Positions 1 through 12,996 of a stretch of DNA of 64,000 nucleotides are shown here, piece after piece; within the stretch, counting starts at the first letter, position 1; each line of letters starts with the position of its first letter. The notes beneath the pieces were generated by a model. It worked only from the letters and a program-made list of their open reading frames with translations. It had not been told where the DNA came from and did not search any database. Made by a program: the position numbers and the translations under genes. Source of the DNA: the human T2T-CHM13v2.0 reference genome, Homo sapiens; assembly GCF_009914755.1 (NCBI RefSeq), contig NC_060934.1; one strand, given 5' to 3'.

Positions 1-600
1 AACTGGTGCGCGGCTCGCCCCTCCCCCAAACTTCCTGAGAACTCTTCAAAGAGGGGTGAGTCCAAACCCAGCTTTTCCAGACTGCTGGGTTTTCCAGGGA
101 GTCTGGGGCTGCGCTGCCCTGTCTCCAGGGCGTTATTCTCCAGCGCTGCCCATCCCCCTCCCAATCTCGGGGCCAGTCTCCATCCCTGTCCGGTATCCCC
201 GCCCCCGGGCCTCTGTGAGGTTCCCAAGAACTTCCCCATCACGAGGGGGCGGAAAGAGGAGGGAGGAGGACTGAAGGTCAAGGTGCAGCACAGCCAGAAA
301 GGCGGAGGAGGAGAGCATCTCTGGCAGCTCCGCCTTACTTTTCCACCGAAGTACTTTAATTCACTAACACGTTTCACGCTGTCATGCTGACCCGAAGCCG
401 GGACGCAGGAGGGCCAAAGAATCCAAGCAATTTTAGAAACCCCGTTACTGCCCAGCTTGAATTAAAACTTCCTAGGATCAGAGGCAGTCAGACCCTCTGG
501 GCTTTCTGCGAGTTTAGCGCACCTCCCTGGGCCAGTGGGTAGCCCTGCTCACTTTTACTACTCGAAGATTCCTTATTGTGCCATCCCCCACCGCACCCCA
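1..600. promoter_or_regulatory. Edge of a GC/CpG-rich promoter-like region
   Basis: Much higher GC and CpG density than the rest of the window. GC boxes ccccgccccc (~197-206) and gggggcgg (~245-252). TTC-N4-GAA STAT-like sites at 32-41 and 221-230. Confidence 0.7.
51..61 (+). other. Consensus 5' splice donor, probable end of a + strand first exon at 55
   Basis: GGG|GTGAGT with GT at 56-57, inside the CpG-rich region. Confidence 0.5.
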
Positions 601-1514
601 CCCCTGTTGGTTATTTTTTTTTCTTGAAAAAAATATAGGGGTAGCAAGATAAGACGGAAGAAGGGAAAGTGGAGGAGGAGAGGAATGATAAAACCAGGAA
701 TGCCATTAGAAGGTAAAATGCATGCACTCTCAAATTCAAGGACCTGTGCTCTTGAGATCAATGACCATGAATTAAACTCTCCTCTTTCCAGCGTCCAACA
801 CAAGAAATGAAGTCGGGGTTTCCCAAAACACCTTCATGATTTTTGTTTGCTTGTTTGGTGTCCTACCACCTGTACTACTATTGACTTAATATTTTTCTTT
901 AAATGTCCTCAAATTTTTACTCAAATAAATTTATTTTAAAAAGAAACTTTGTATCATTTGTAAATGGAAAGCCTGTATAATTGGCTATAGTTGGAAAGTA
1001 ATTACAAAAATAGCTAAAATATGATGAACTATGTTATTGAAATCTCTCTAGATATTAATTAGTGCCTTCCAAAGCTCTCTGCCTCAAACTCCCTCTTTCT
1101 TTGTTATAAAGGGAGATATAGAATTAATTAGTCATATTACTATAATACCAAGCAGGAATGCTCCCTTGACCACATTAGTAACATTGAAAGAAAAGTACAA
1201 AGGGAATATCTTTCCTGGTTAGGTTTAGTCAAGTTAAAATCATGTCATACTTTTCTTAAAATCAAGTTGAAAAATTGCAAATTATGTGATTAATGTCTCC
1301 ATTAGTTGAGAAATATCTAACTGCTCACAAGAAGCTTAGAAGTTATTTCCAATACTGAGAGCTGAGAGAATTTTTGTTTTCTCCTGTGGGTCAGCATTCT
1401 CCCACATCTTACAGGAAACCCAGCAATGATTTCCTGGTGCAGTTTATTCTAGTTTATAGTGTCCTTCAATGTTGGCTGATGACACAGTGACCACACGCCA
1501 TTCAGTGAAGCGGA

Positions 1515-1760
1515 AGAGCATAGTGTGGCAGATGAATGCTGTGGAAGGAAGCAGTGTGCTGTGGGGGTTAGAGCCCTGTACCCACCAACCAGCTGACTTA
1601 GACGGCTCACTAAGTCACTTAGTAGTATTGTGCCTTTTGTCCTTCTGTAAATTTGGTACTAAACCTATCTACTCACGGGGTCATTGTGGGGATCAAATGA
1701 GTTAATCCATATGAAGGGCCTGGCAAGTGGTAAATGCTTGGTAGACATCAGTGATTATTG
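1515..1760 (+). mobile_element. MIR SINE
   Basis: aagtcacttag...ctgtaaa...ttgtggggatcaaatgagttaatccatatgaagggcctggc...taaatgct is the MIR core and 3' end. Confidence 0.75.
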
Positions 1761-2319
1761 GGAGGGCCAAGAAAGTTACGCCAGGGGAACTGCTCTTCGA
1801 TGATCTGAGACAAGTAATAACAGGATTGGAGTGGAGCAACATAACATTCCTGTCAAAAAACCCCAGATGAACACATCTGGAACTGAACAAGTTGAGTTTA
1901 TTACTTTTTTAGGGAGGGGGCACACTCCATGGGCCACTGTGGGGCGTCTCAGTATGAAAGTCTTAGAAAGGTTAAAAAGCATTGGAGATAACTTATTAGA
2001 TATGATTTGGGCTTGACTGAGGTGATTTTGGGGCTTACAGAAGTGGGGCTTTACTCTAGATGGAATGCTATTAGGAAGCTGGGTTAATTTTATGTTGGGT
2101 ATGTTGATAAATCTAATATAGAAAGGGATATTTGTGGTTTGTACAATATTCATGTTCAGACATAATTTTGGAGCGGTCCTATTTGATCCACCATGATCTC
2201 AGAGTGGCCTTACCTGATGTTTTGTAAAACTTGTATGTTCAAGAGGAGGATACCAATGCTTGGCTGATGGTGCCAGACCACTTGCTTGCAGTCAGGGGTT
2301 GTTTTTCTCTTTCTCTCTC

Positions 2320-2603
2320 TTTTCTTTTTTTCGAGACGGAGTCCCGCTCTGTTACCCAGAATGGAGTGCAGTGGCGCGATCTCGGTCACTGCAGCCTCCA
2401 CCTCCCAAGTTCAAGCGATTTTGTGCCTCTGGCTCCCGAGATTACAGGAGGATGCCATTATGCCCGACTAATTTTTGTATTTTTAGTAGAGACGGGGTTT
2501 TACCGTATTGGCCAGTCTGGTCTCAAACTCCTGACCGCAAGTGATCTGTCCACCTCTGCCTCCCAAAGTGCTAGGATTACAAGCGTGAGCCACCGCATCC
2601 AGC
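2320..2603 (-). mobile_element. Alu (AluS-like), full length
   Basis: Poly-T then gagacggagtc...ggagtgcagtggcgcgatctcgg...gtgagccaccgc. Confidence 0.95.
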
Positions 2604-3845
2604 AACTTCTCTCTTTCTCAAGCCTACTAGGAAGGGATCTCTAGGAGAGCTTTAAAAAAGGGAAGGCAGTCAGTCTGACATCTTCCAATCATTTCTTATT
2701 CCCTATTTTGAAGGTTCAGAAACAAATTAGTTTCTGTCGTCTCTGGATCTGAAAAACAAAATTGTCATTAAAGAGAATTAAGGTTGATTTCTTCTTAATT
2801 TTTTCCTAAGTCCATTTTAAAGACTGGAAGCTTTCAGAAATATCTTAAAACTGTCAGGCAAATAGCCCAATATTTAAACAAGGAGAAAAAAATAAGCAAT
2901 TTTAAAAATTTACTCTTCTTGAAAAAAAAGCAATCTCAGTTGATGCACCCAGGTCTTGTGGTATGGGCTGGGGTTGCACTAAAATGCAGCCAGCTTGTTC
3001 CACTATCCCAGGAGGCAGCTATCAACAGGTCTCCCTTCCCTTCTGAATGCAAACTGAACATAGTTGTCAGGATTTTCTTTCAATTTGGGTGATTTTGGCT
3101 ACAAGGAAGAGACTTTCTCAATTCGCTCACGTAAAAGGAGTTGTTATTGGAAGGGAATGTGTGGTCTAAAAATGAAGATGGAATCTCTTGGACTGAAGAA
3201 TACGAGGTAGATGAAGACAGGGCCTTGGGAACTGGGAGCTGGGGACAGCTGTGGACTTGGGTGGCAGCAAGGATCTCAAGGTTGCAGTTTAGAGACCTTT
3301 GCACAGCAACTCTCTAACATTCTTGTCTTCCAGCCAGATTTCTCCACTCTGAATTCAAATTGCTGAGATAAGGAATTCAACTGACTTCCTTCAACTCTAA
3401 GCATCAGGGTCACACTACAGACCACAGAGCAGGCTACTGACTGAAATCCAGTCACCGGCTATCCCTCTGCAAATACCAGTTTAGTGTTGTTTTGTTCATC
3501 CTTCAACATAAGATTCTGGGCAGCAGAGTTTAAGCAGGGGAGGAATGGGGCATGGCAGGTACATTGATAGGTGGAGTACCATGCAGCTGTGGGATGACAC
3601 GCACACATCCTACACCTATGATGCCAAAGGCCAAAGATGCCCCTCCCTAATACTATTGAAACATTGTGCATGCATGCAATTATGCACCCAGCTATGGTCT
3701 CCCAACAGGGATGCAATACAAAGTCACATCTGCATCCAGAGGCCACCAAAGCTGCAGACTGGTCACAGAAGCTGCAGTCTCCTGGAAATCTTCATTCCTC
3801 CCTTGGCTCCATTTAATCCTATTCAGGCATTACTTGTATACATAA

Positions 3846-3846
<1 letters not shown>

Positions 3847-3875
<29 letters not shown>
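3847..3875. repeat. (TG)n microsatellite, about 14 units
   Basis: Direct observation. Confidence 0.95.
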
Positions 3876-3879
<4 letters not shown>

Positions 3880-3949
3880 CAATGCATGAAAAAACATAAT
3901 ATACTACAGGATTGTATATCTATTCCCCAGAGGAATCATTCACAATTAA

Positions 3950-5620
3950 CATTTTCATTTTTTTCTGATGATTAAAATTATACCTTTAAAATTACACTTT
4001 ATATTCCTCTATTTCCTGATTTACCGATTTACAGAACTTGATTTTTCAGTTTGAAATTTGGGGAATCCATTATCCTGCAACACCTTCTTCCTTCCTCATT
4101 CCACCTATACCACCCAAATTTGTTAAAATTGTTGTCTGTAACATTCTATTCTCCAGCTATAATTAAGCCTGCATACTGTGTCTTCTCAAATGGTTTATTC
4201 TAAAAATTGAAAATCAACAAACAATATTTAAAATATATAATTATTACTCAATGTATTTTCAGATATTTTCAGATTCCATTATTTTCTAGAATGCAATGTT
4301 ACTGATAAGAAGTATGTTTTATGTCTCATTGTCTTCTTTGTGTAGATAAGTATTTTTTTAAATCTCCAGAAATTTTTAGAATTTTTTTACCTTGGAATGT
4401 TTATCATTTGACTGCATCTAGATAGTGGACATTTCTTTCATATACCCTACTCAACACAGCAGTCTTGCGTCTTTCGGTAGAGAGTCAAATCTCCTTTTAT
4501 TATGTCTTTGATCTTTTTTTCTCCTTCATTGTTTCTGTTTTCTCCTTCTGGAATACCTTATACGTTTCATCTTTGTCTTTTTCATCTATGTTCTTACCTT
4601 TATCTTCCATATGTCTAAGTTAGTCTTCGGATTATTTCATTTTATTGTTGAACTCTATAAGTGATTTTTTTGTTGTTGTTGGTCAACTTATTTTGTAATA
4701 AGCCTTACTTATTAATGGAGATTTTCTTTTACAGAAGTTTATTCTTGTCTGCTGGATGCAATACCTTTTTGTCTTCCTGAATTATTTCTGTTTTTACTTG
4801 GTTGGTTGCTCAGTTCCATCCTTTACATCTAGGGTTTTATAACATGACGGTTCTCAAATACTCTGATGATCTTTTGTTGTTCATTTATATTTACAAACCA
4901 AGGACTGGGCTGGTTACAGGACATATTTGAAATAGGTGTATGAGTTGCTGTTTATCTATTAAATGGAAGAGCTGGCTGTGGTCCTGGATACTTGGGCAAG
5001 AAACACTTGTCAGGTCAGCTTCCGTAACGGGTGCAATGAAGAGGAGCAGGCAGGGGTGTCAAGGCAAGGAAGGTTCCTCTGGGAGCTGGTTCTTAGTGCA
5101 TCTCATTCAGTCATTGGTAGAGCTGCCTTGACTTCTCTCTTCTACTCCTTGCCCTAGTTCTGGCTGCTGTGAAGATCCATATCTACCCATAACAATGCTC
5201 TGATTCTACCCACACCCTTACTAGAAGCCTCACAGCCCACCCAACAACTTTTCTTTAAAGAACACCTCTCAGGTTTTAGCTTGGGAGCAAATATCGCTAG
5301 TGATAGCCTCTAAGTAAGGAAGCAGAAGTGATCTCCAGATATTTCAATTGTTCTCAATATATGTGTTGAACAAACACCTCAAGCATTACTGCTGTTTGTA
5401 CTTGCGGGTTGTGACTTCAGCTTCTTAAGGAGTGCTCATAGAAAGAACTGGGCCCACCTTGGCTATCTCAGTCTGTTTTCCTCTGCACTGGTTTTTCCAT
5501 TGACCCAATCCTGTCTGTATTCTGTCTTCCTGGATTTCCTCAAAAAGGAGGTTCACCCCCTCATGCTTTCTAATACTGCTTCTATTGTATCTTTTTGGAT
5601 TTTCAAAATCTTTTCTTCCA
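3950..5620 (-). mobile_element. Highly degraded old L1 (L1M-type) fragments
   Basis: T-rich antisense L1-like phrasing (tgcaatgttactgataagaagt, ttttctccttctggaatacct). Confidence 0.5.
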
Positions 5621-5899
5621 TTTCAAAGGTGAAATCTTAATTCTCAGTTCCCAATTTGAAACAGAAAACTCACAGGTTGCTTTACTGTTCAAAATGTGTG
5701 TATTAAACAGGAAAAGGAATTGTAATTATTTCACATTATAATATAACAGGAAGGAAAATAGAACTTTATTATGCTAGTAATAACTATCATAATTATTCAT
5801 CTTTAGAAACTAATAAAAGTCAGTGGTAGTGATCAGTTTTCAGACACTTCAACAGCTAACAAGGAATAGGAATCTAAAGTGCAGGTGGAGGATCTTGAT

Positions 5900-6115
5900 T
5901 AAGCCACCTTCTTCAAGAGTTGGCTCCACTTCTTATGTGACAGTTGGAAAGTTACTTAATTTCTTTGAATTTTGGTTCTCATTTATAAAAACAAATAATG
6001 ATAGACCTTCATGTCTATTATTAAGATTAAATTAACTGATACTTCAAAAGTGCTCAGAAAAATGTCTGGAATAAAGCAGGTACTCAGTAAATATTTGTTG
6101 AATAAATAAATAAAG
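5900..6115 (+). mobile_element. MIR with L2-type 3' tail
   Basis: tgtgacagttggaaagttacttaat...ctcatttataaaa and gtactcagtaaatatttgttgaataaat. Confidence 0.65.
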
Positions 6116-6649
6116 ATATAAGTGAGGATTGGGTAAACAACACCCAAAACAGAAAGGTATAATTCCCCAGCTGGGACCATAGCTGAGTATTCTAAGGCCA
6201 GCTGCTTGTAAATGATGGGGCTAGTAAATGTCATTTGTGTGAGCTCAACGCCTCACTCCATCACAAAGAAGGGAGAACACTGATCAGTAGAAACATTTGA
6301 TCATCTTCTGTGATGATCTAAATTTGTTCAAATAAGACTAAGGTTACAGTTACAGGATGAAGATAACATGAATCACTAAATCATGAACATTCCTAGCCAC
6401 AGCAGCTCTAGAGTGAGTTGACATGGAAAGCATTGTAAGATATTGCTTCGTTTATGTATAATTTAGAAGAGGTGGTCAGGTGCTATAAAGGAACCAGTGG
6501 GGTGGCAGTCCCAACACCTTAATTCCATCCCAGCCTCAAAATCCCCCTTTGTATAATGGACCTAAGGATGCCAATCTTGTCCATTTCATGATCATTTAAA
6601 GAATCACATGAGGTAATGATTATGAAAATGCTTTGTACATTGAGGTCAA

Positions 6650-7150
6650 GGTTAATATCATCAGTGATAAGTCATGTTGATAGCATGCTCCTTTTGTATG
6701 AGGTTATGAAAATGGCACTTTACCTCTGTGATCTTCCTCCAAAAATCTCACAAAACATTACACAAAGACAAATTGAGGGACATTTTTCAGAATAACCTAC
6801 CAATACTCCTCAAAACCGTCAAAGCCATGGAAAACAAGCAAAGACTGAGAAACTCTCAAAGACCAGAGGAAACTGAGGAGACATGATGACTCAATGTAAT
6901 GTGGTCTCTTGAATGGGATTCTGGAACATGAGAAGGAAATTAGTAACAAAAAATAATGAAATCCGAATAAGGCCAAGAGTTTAGTTGGTAATAATATACC
7001 AATGTTGGTTCCGTATTTGTGACAAAAGTTATGTGATAATGTAAGATGTTAATAAGAAAATAAATGAAGAGTACGTAGGAACTCTGTACTATTTTTGCAA
7101 ATATTTCATGCAAATCTAACTATTATAAAATTTAAAGGTTTATTTTTTAA
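6650..7150 (+). mobile_element. L1MC-type 3' end
   Basis: gataagtcatgttgatagcatg...aaattgagggacat...ggagacatgatgactcaatgtaatgtgg...ggaactctgtactatttttgcaa. Confidence 0.8.
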
Positions 7151-7364
7151 AAGTTGATAGGTAAATATAACATTTTATTTGGTTCTTTAATTTTATTTCA
7201 AAGCAGATTATACATTTAAAAATAGACTTCAGAAATGTCAGATAAAGGAATTATGTGACATTTTAAGAATACTTTTCAAGTACCGTAATCAATTACCTTT
7301 CTGCTGCCTTCCATGAAAATAGTCTGTTCTATGATTGTTGTCATCAATAAAAATCATTATCTCA

Positions 7365-7470
7365 GTTCTAAGAGGTCCACAGAGCTTATCTAGTCCAATC
7401 TTCTCACTTTACAAACTGAGGCCCAGAAGGGGCAGGTGACCTTTCCAAAGTCACAGTCTATTTCATTCTT
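7365..7470 (-). mobile_element. MIR/MIR3 fragment
   Basis: atctagtccaatc...tttacaaactgaggcccaga...gtgacctttccaaagtcacag. Confidence 0.7.
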
Positions 7471-7533
7471 AGCAGCTTTAAGAATGTGAAATAAGAGATA
7501 TTTTTATTATACCCAAAATACTAGAAAAAAATG

Positions 7534-7608
7534 AGTGTGTGTGTGTGTCTGCCAGAAAAGCTTCAAATATGAGAGAGAGAGAGTGTGTGTGTGTGTGTAT
7601 GTGTGTGT
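7534..7608. repeat. Compound (TG)n/(GA)n microsatellites
   Basis: Direct observation. Confidence 0.85.
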
Positions 7609-8565
7609 AAAGCTTCAAGGAGTCACCTAACCCAATTATGGGACTGGCCTTAAATAACCCTTCTAGGAAGGATGACAACTTGCCATACCTTAAAAGATGA
7701 GGAGAGAGTTCACCAAATGGAAGGAAAGGGGGAAGGGATTCCAGGCAGGAGAAGGGATGTCTTGTCCTCCAAGATTGCAGGGAGGAAGGAAGGGTGAGGG
7801 TTTAGATAAGAGAATGACTAAAGTGAGACAGAAAAATGATATAGGTCAGGCCTGATGATCTCAGCCATCATAGTAATAGGATAGGAGACCATGTGCTGAT
7901 AGTGAAGTGTGGGCATTGGTTGGGGAACTGGAGGAGAGTGGTGAGGACTTGAGCTTGTCTTTGAAGATAAAGAGTAGAATCTAAGAAAAGGTAAATAAAA
8001 GGCTAATGAATAATTCTAAGCTTGTATTAATAGCATCATATAGGGATATGCAATTTCCTCTAGCAACTTTCAGTTGTCCACATATAGAGAAAGTGGACTG
8101 TGGCATTCATCTAGGATTCAGTTTTCTTGGGCAAGGTCAACAGAGTATGAAGATCTAAAGGAACCAAGGATGTTAATATCAACTTTTGTGAGATCAGCTG
8201 TAAAGTCTAGGAGGAGTAGAACAAAAAAGAAAATGGAGGAAGTCAACTGACTAGAAGAAAATAGAGGCAGCAAGAAATTGGATGTCTCTGGAATGACCAG
8301 GGAAGGTAAAATCTCTTAAAAGTAAATTTGGTAGAAAAGGATCCTAATTCATGTGCCAAGCATCTGAGTGAATAAAAGGAGATGACTGGAAGGTTAAGAG
8401 AGTCATAGGCTATTAAAGAAGATGGCATCAACTTCAAAAGAGGATGACACCTACAAAATGGTAGGAGCTCAACTGGGTGCCAAGAGAATACATCCTGGGA
8501 TGGTGGAGGTACAGATGTTGAAGTGCAGAATTGCAAAGCAGTAAGAGATAAAAGCATGACAAGGA

Positions 8566-9020
8566 ACAATTCACAACTGCAAAGATATGGAACCAATCTA
8601 AGTGCCCACTGACCAATGAATGGATAAAGTAAATGTGGTATGTATACACCATGGAATACTACTTAGCCATAAAAAGAACAAAGTGATATCTTTTGCAGCA
8701 ACTTGGATGGAGCTGGAGGCCACTATTCTAAGTGAAATAACTCAGAAATGGAAAATTAAATACTGTATGTTCTCACTTATAAGTGAGAGCTAAGCTGTGG
8801 GTATGCAAAGGCATACAGGGTGATATAATGGTCTATGGAGACTCAAAGAGGGGAGTGGAGGGGAGTCAAGGGATAAAGAAACTACATATTGGGTATAATG
8901 TACTCTACTCAGGTGACAGGTGCACTAAAATCTCAGATTTCAACAGGATACAATCTATCCAAGTAACCAAAAACTACTTGTACCCCCAAAGCTATTGAAA
9001 TAAAAACATTTAAAAAAAAA
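8566..9020 (+). mobile_element. 5'-truncated L1PB-like 3' end with poly-A
   Basis: caattcacaactgcaaagatatggaaccaa...atggaatactac...ttggatggagctggaggcc...ttgtacccccaaagctattgaaataaaaa. Degenerate TSD aagcatgacaagga / aaacatgccaaaga. Confidence 0.9.
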
Positions 9021-9532
9021 ACATGCCAAAGAAAGGAGATACCATGGCAATGCATTTTGTTTGGTGACCAAAAATTGCAAAATGGGAGGAATGGTTGAAA
9101 AAGCTCCTCTCTAATATGGCAGGGAGAGTAGCAGCACAAGGTGAGGGCACAGGCCTTAGCATCAGGCTGTCAGCACTATGTCCCTACAGGAAAGAACCTA
9201 AACCTTTTATGCTTCCCTTTTCTCCTTTGTAAGAGCACTACCTAACATGCTACTGTGGCACCAAAGAAGGTAATGTGCCTGTACCATAGCGAGTGAGTAC
9301 CTAATAAATGAGAGCCAATGGTTTTCTTCCCCCAGCTTTCACTGTGGCTAAAGGCTCTAGATAGTCTTGCAAGTCTGTGCAAGGCCTGCACACAGTGGAC
9401 AGATGGCTAATGACATCCTGGTGCCAGGTAGACAGAGCATCAGTGAGGTTTGAGTGTGACTACAGTCTTTCATAATGTATCAAGTTTGAAATATTCAGAT
9501 GTCTAATATTTATGCCTACATTGAAAGACAAA

Positions 9533-9614
9533 AATGATGGAGGTTAACATCCCCAATCACCACTGCAGACACAATGATGGAGGTTAACATCCCCAATCAC
9601 CACTGCAGACACAA
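9533..9614. repeat. Perfect 40-bp tandem duplication
   Basis: aatgatggaggttaacatccccaatcaccactgcagacac x2 (9533-9572 and 9573-9612). Confidence 0.95.
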
Positions 9615-10685
9615 AAGACAATTCCCTTTTCGGCCAAATAGCTATTTGGAGCTATTGCTCCCCAAATAGCTAATCTAATTCCTGCAAGTAAGGAGGAGGC
9701 ACATACCTGGCAGAAAATAAGGAGGGGGAAAGAAGTTGAAGTGAGTAAGGGACAGGAGCAAAGAGCTGCGAAGAGACTGTATAGAGGCAAAGTTATCAAG
9801 CAAACCCACTTGAATTCCATGCCCCTAGGCTTGGATTATATTTATAAGGAAAGGGTCATTCTTGAGATCTATGGAGTCTTTAGTTCTCATGATAGCGAAC
9901 ATGTTGGTTATATTTATAAAATAGAATCATAACTACATCTGGAACTTTTACACAGAAATTAAGGTTGACTTACATGCCAGATTGATTAACATTCCCAGAT
10001 AAGATGGTAAAGTAAAGATTTATTTTACTTTGCACTCTTACAGCGTGGATTATTATTCATACTTTATTTTGCAAATTGGTGGTAACCTAACTGCAGCCAA
10101 ATCAAGAGTTCACATGCCAAGTTTTGGTCTGAACAAGTTTTGCATCCAATATACACTTGGCCAGAAAAATAAGGAGATAGAATAATAGAAGAGAAAAGAA
10201 AGTATTTTATGCACCCTGGAGGTCAAAAACAGATGTGAGTAGGGCCCTTGTGGAGTGTGACTAGTTAACATCTGGTAATCCCTAATGGATTTCACTGTCC
10301 ATTTGTAAGTTTCCCCCAATGTTTAATATCAACAGCTATTCAGGAACGTAGTGACTTGCACAAAGAATAAAATTTACAGATATCAAAGACAAAGCCAAAA
10401 AATTACTCTGTTCTTGGCATCCATCCTTTCTGGGCAAAGACTACATATTTTCTTTCTGTTGATACTATGTTTAATAAAGCTATGCGATTGGTTAGATTTC
10501 GATTGAGCTGAATGTGTTTTGTTTTGTTTCTTTTTATGACTCAGTGACAAAGGGAAATATAAAACCTTCTGCTTACTTAATCAGAGAACTCTGGTTTCTT
10601 CTATGTAATTTGAGCAGAAATTGAAAAAAACCATCCCCAGAAGGAGTAATTATGCCCATACTGGTGGGAGGAAGACAAGCAAGGG

Positions 10686-10806
10686 ATGGTGAGGAAGGTA
10701 GATAATCTGGCCCATTTTCTTCTCTTGGCGCATAGTCTGTCTGATTTCTTGTTCCCTTTCAAGTCACTCTTTTTTGCAGTGGCAATTCCCACAAACTGCA
10801 GAATTT
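10686..10806 (+). pseudogene. Candidate exon 1 (MVRKVDNLAHFLLL...AVAIPTNCRI), ends phase 1
   Basis: ATG in gggATGg context, open frame, donor TTT|GTAAGA at 10807. Internal alternative acceptors at 10763 and 10779. Confidence 0.45.
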
Positions 10807-11167
10807 GTAAGAAAATTTACAAGAGGGGCAGAAATGTCTGTATTTCTGACCATAAAGGCTTCAAATGCTGAGGGACACACTGGAAATGTTTTGCAAAGTT
10901 GATGCAGAAGAGTTATAATTCTTATTGCTAACTGCAACAATTGAGATTAAACATAGTTCTCCACACCATCCACACACCAATTAATCCAGACATTCCTTTG
11001 ACAGAACAGGCTACCCACAGAATTGCTAACTTAGTAACAAATTGGTTAGTTGATTAGTAACAAATCAATGAGGCATCAATTTGTGGACCTACTCAGGTCC
11101 ATTGGTAGTGGTTGCCAGGAATACTAAAATGCTAATATAATACTAGGCATTAGAAGATTCTTAAAAA

Positions 11168-11310
11168 GAAACAGGGTCTCTGTCGCCCAGGCTGGAGTGC
11201 AGTAGCACAATCTTGACTCACTGCGGCCTCAAACTTCTGGCCTCAAGCGATCCTCCCAGCTCAGCCTCCCAAACTGCTGGGATCATAGGCGTGAGCTTCC
11301 AATCCCAGTC
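11168..11310 (-). mobile_element. FLAM / Alu monomer
   Basis: acagggtctc...cccaggctggagtgcagt...ctcaagcgatcctcc...gcgtgagc; single arm only. Confidence 0.9.
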
Positions 11311-11559
11311 TAAACCCTTAACATGCTCAGTGGGAAAGAAGCATCTCCTTGGTGGATTGGATTTCAGATGCCTGTCAGGGAAGTGGGAAGGAAGACTAGC
11401 AGCATGTGTGCTACTGAGTTTCCATCTCTGATTTAACCAAAGGAGTGTGTCATCAAAAGATGTTTCCTAAGGTTTAGGAATTTTCCATTCAAGATAAACC
11501 TACATAGCAGCAAATGCATGTGTATATTATACAGTATTAGTACAAAACTCAATCACATG

Positions 11560-11730
11560 ATAGTGCTTTCTATCTTTACAGGAACTTTTACACGTGCCAT
11601 GTCATGAAATGCTAAAATGACTCCATGAAATAGAAACAGGATATATTTTTATCCCCATTTTACAAATGAGGAACTGAATTTTGGAGCAAATAAGCGATTC
11701 ACCCGAGGTCATGCAGCCAGTATGTTAGAG
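11560..11730 (-). mobile_element. MIR
   Basis: atccccattttacaaatgaggaactga...cccgaggtcatgcagccagt. Confidence 0.8.
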
Positions 11731-11947
11731 AATTTAGGAAATATTTCATAGTCACTTGGATATTTTGTAATCACTCAAATTTCTGACACAAATTAAGAGT
11801 CAGAAAACTGTGGGAAGTATGGCTGAGATTTTCTGATTCCCACATTCTGCAACAATAAAATATAAACATGACTAACCAGGATACATTTACAATACACATG
11901 ACTAAGTGACAACACGTGGGAGATAACTGGCTTTTGAAATGCATGTC

Positions 11948-12590
11948 TGTATTAATCAGAGTTCTCCAGAGAAACAGAATTAATAGGGTTCTACAAACCT
12001 GCAGAGCCTATATCCCAGCTTGAAACTGAAGGCTGTAAGGCTGCTGTAGTACCAGAAAGAGCCACTGTCTCAGAGTTCAAAGGCCATCAGGCAAAGGAAA
12101 AAAGAACACACACAAAAAAATAAAAAAAATAAAGTTGATATTTCAGTTCAAAGGCTGTCAGGCAAGATAAATCTCTTACTTGGAGGAAGGTCACCCTTTT
12201 GTTCTACATAGGTCTTTAACTGGTTTGGTAAAACCTACCCACATTATGGAGGGCTGTCTTTTATTCAGTCTACCAATCCAAATATTAATCTCATTCGAAA
12301 ACACCCTCACAGAAATACCCAGTTTAACCAAATATCTGGGAATCTCATGGTCCAATCAAGTTGACACAAAATTAACCATCATAAGCCCACCCTTGTCAAC
12401 TTGGCACTGTACATGTCTCTGTAAAACACATATAATGTCCAAATAAGGGTAATAACAAGATCATACTTCCACCACATTATACAGCTATCCTGCATACAAG
12501 CATAACTGCACTAACCCTTTCCCCAGAAGAGGATGCAAACTCCTTGCATGATGGACTCTTCTCCTTAATGTCTCATAACTTAAGTAAGTA
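11948..12590 (-). mobile_element. MLT2 LTR (to about 12383) plus adjacent ERVL internal remnant
   Basis: tgtattaatcagagttctccagagaaacaga...cccacattatggagg...aagttgacacaaaattaaccatca, then cacccttgtcaacttg. Confidence 0.8.
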
Positions 12591-12601
12591 TGTGGGAAGA
12601 A

Positions 12602-12996
12602 TGTTATGAAGTAAATTGTGTCTTCCCTCCGCCATCGGTATATTGAAGCCTTATCCCACAACTTGACTGTATTTGGAGACAGGGCTTTTAGTAGGGTAAT
12701 TAGTTTGAAATGAGGTCATAAGGGTGAAGCCCTAATCCAATCAGACTGTTTTCATAGAAAGAGGAAGAGACACTAGAGGTCTCTCTCTCCTTGCTCACAT
12801 AGAGGAAAGGCCATGCAGGTCCACCGCAAGAAGGCAGCCCTCTGCAAGCAAGGACAAGAGGCCTTACCAGAAACCTACCCTGCTGGCTCTTGATCTTGGG
12901 GCTTCCAGCCTCCAGAACTGTAAGAAAATAAATGTCTATTTTTTAAGCCACCCAGTCTGTGGTACCTTGTTATGGCAGCCTGAGTTGTGTAATACA
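12602..12996 (+). mobile_element. MaLR solo LTR (MLT1A/B-like)
   Basis: tgttatg...gactgtatttggagacagggc...ccctaatccaat...cttccagcctccagaactgtaagaaaataaat...ggcagcc...aataca. Confidence 0.9.

Noticed and set aside
56-318. Short ORFs in the GC-rich promoter region
   Set aside because: Expected in GC-rich DNA, no recognisable domain, and the + ORF starts on the GT of a splice donor.
815-1320. Possible hAT-type DNA transposon fossil (similar stretches at about 36260-37350 and 44470-44730)
   Set aside because: Only a vague resemblance; I could not define terminal repeats or a family, so it is not listed as a feature.
2210-2644. Alu-overlapping ORFs here and at about 15795, 20295, 20707, 24434, 40590, 52193 and 55087
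   Set aside because: The peptides are standard Alu translations ([18 protein letters not shown]).
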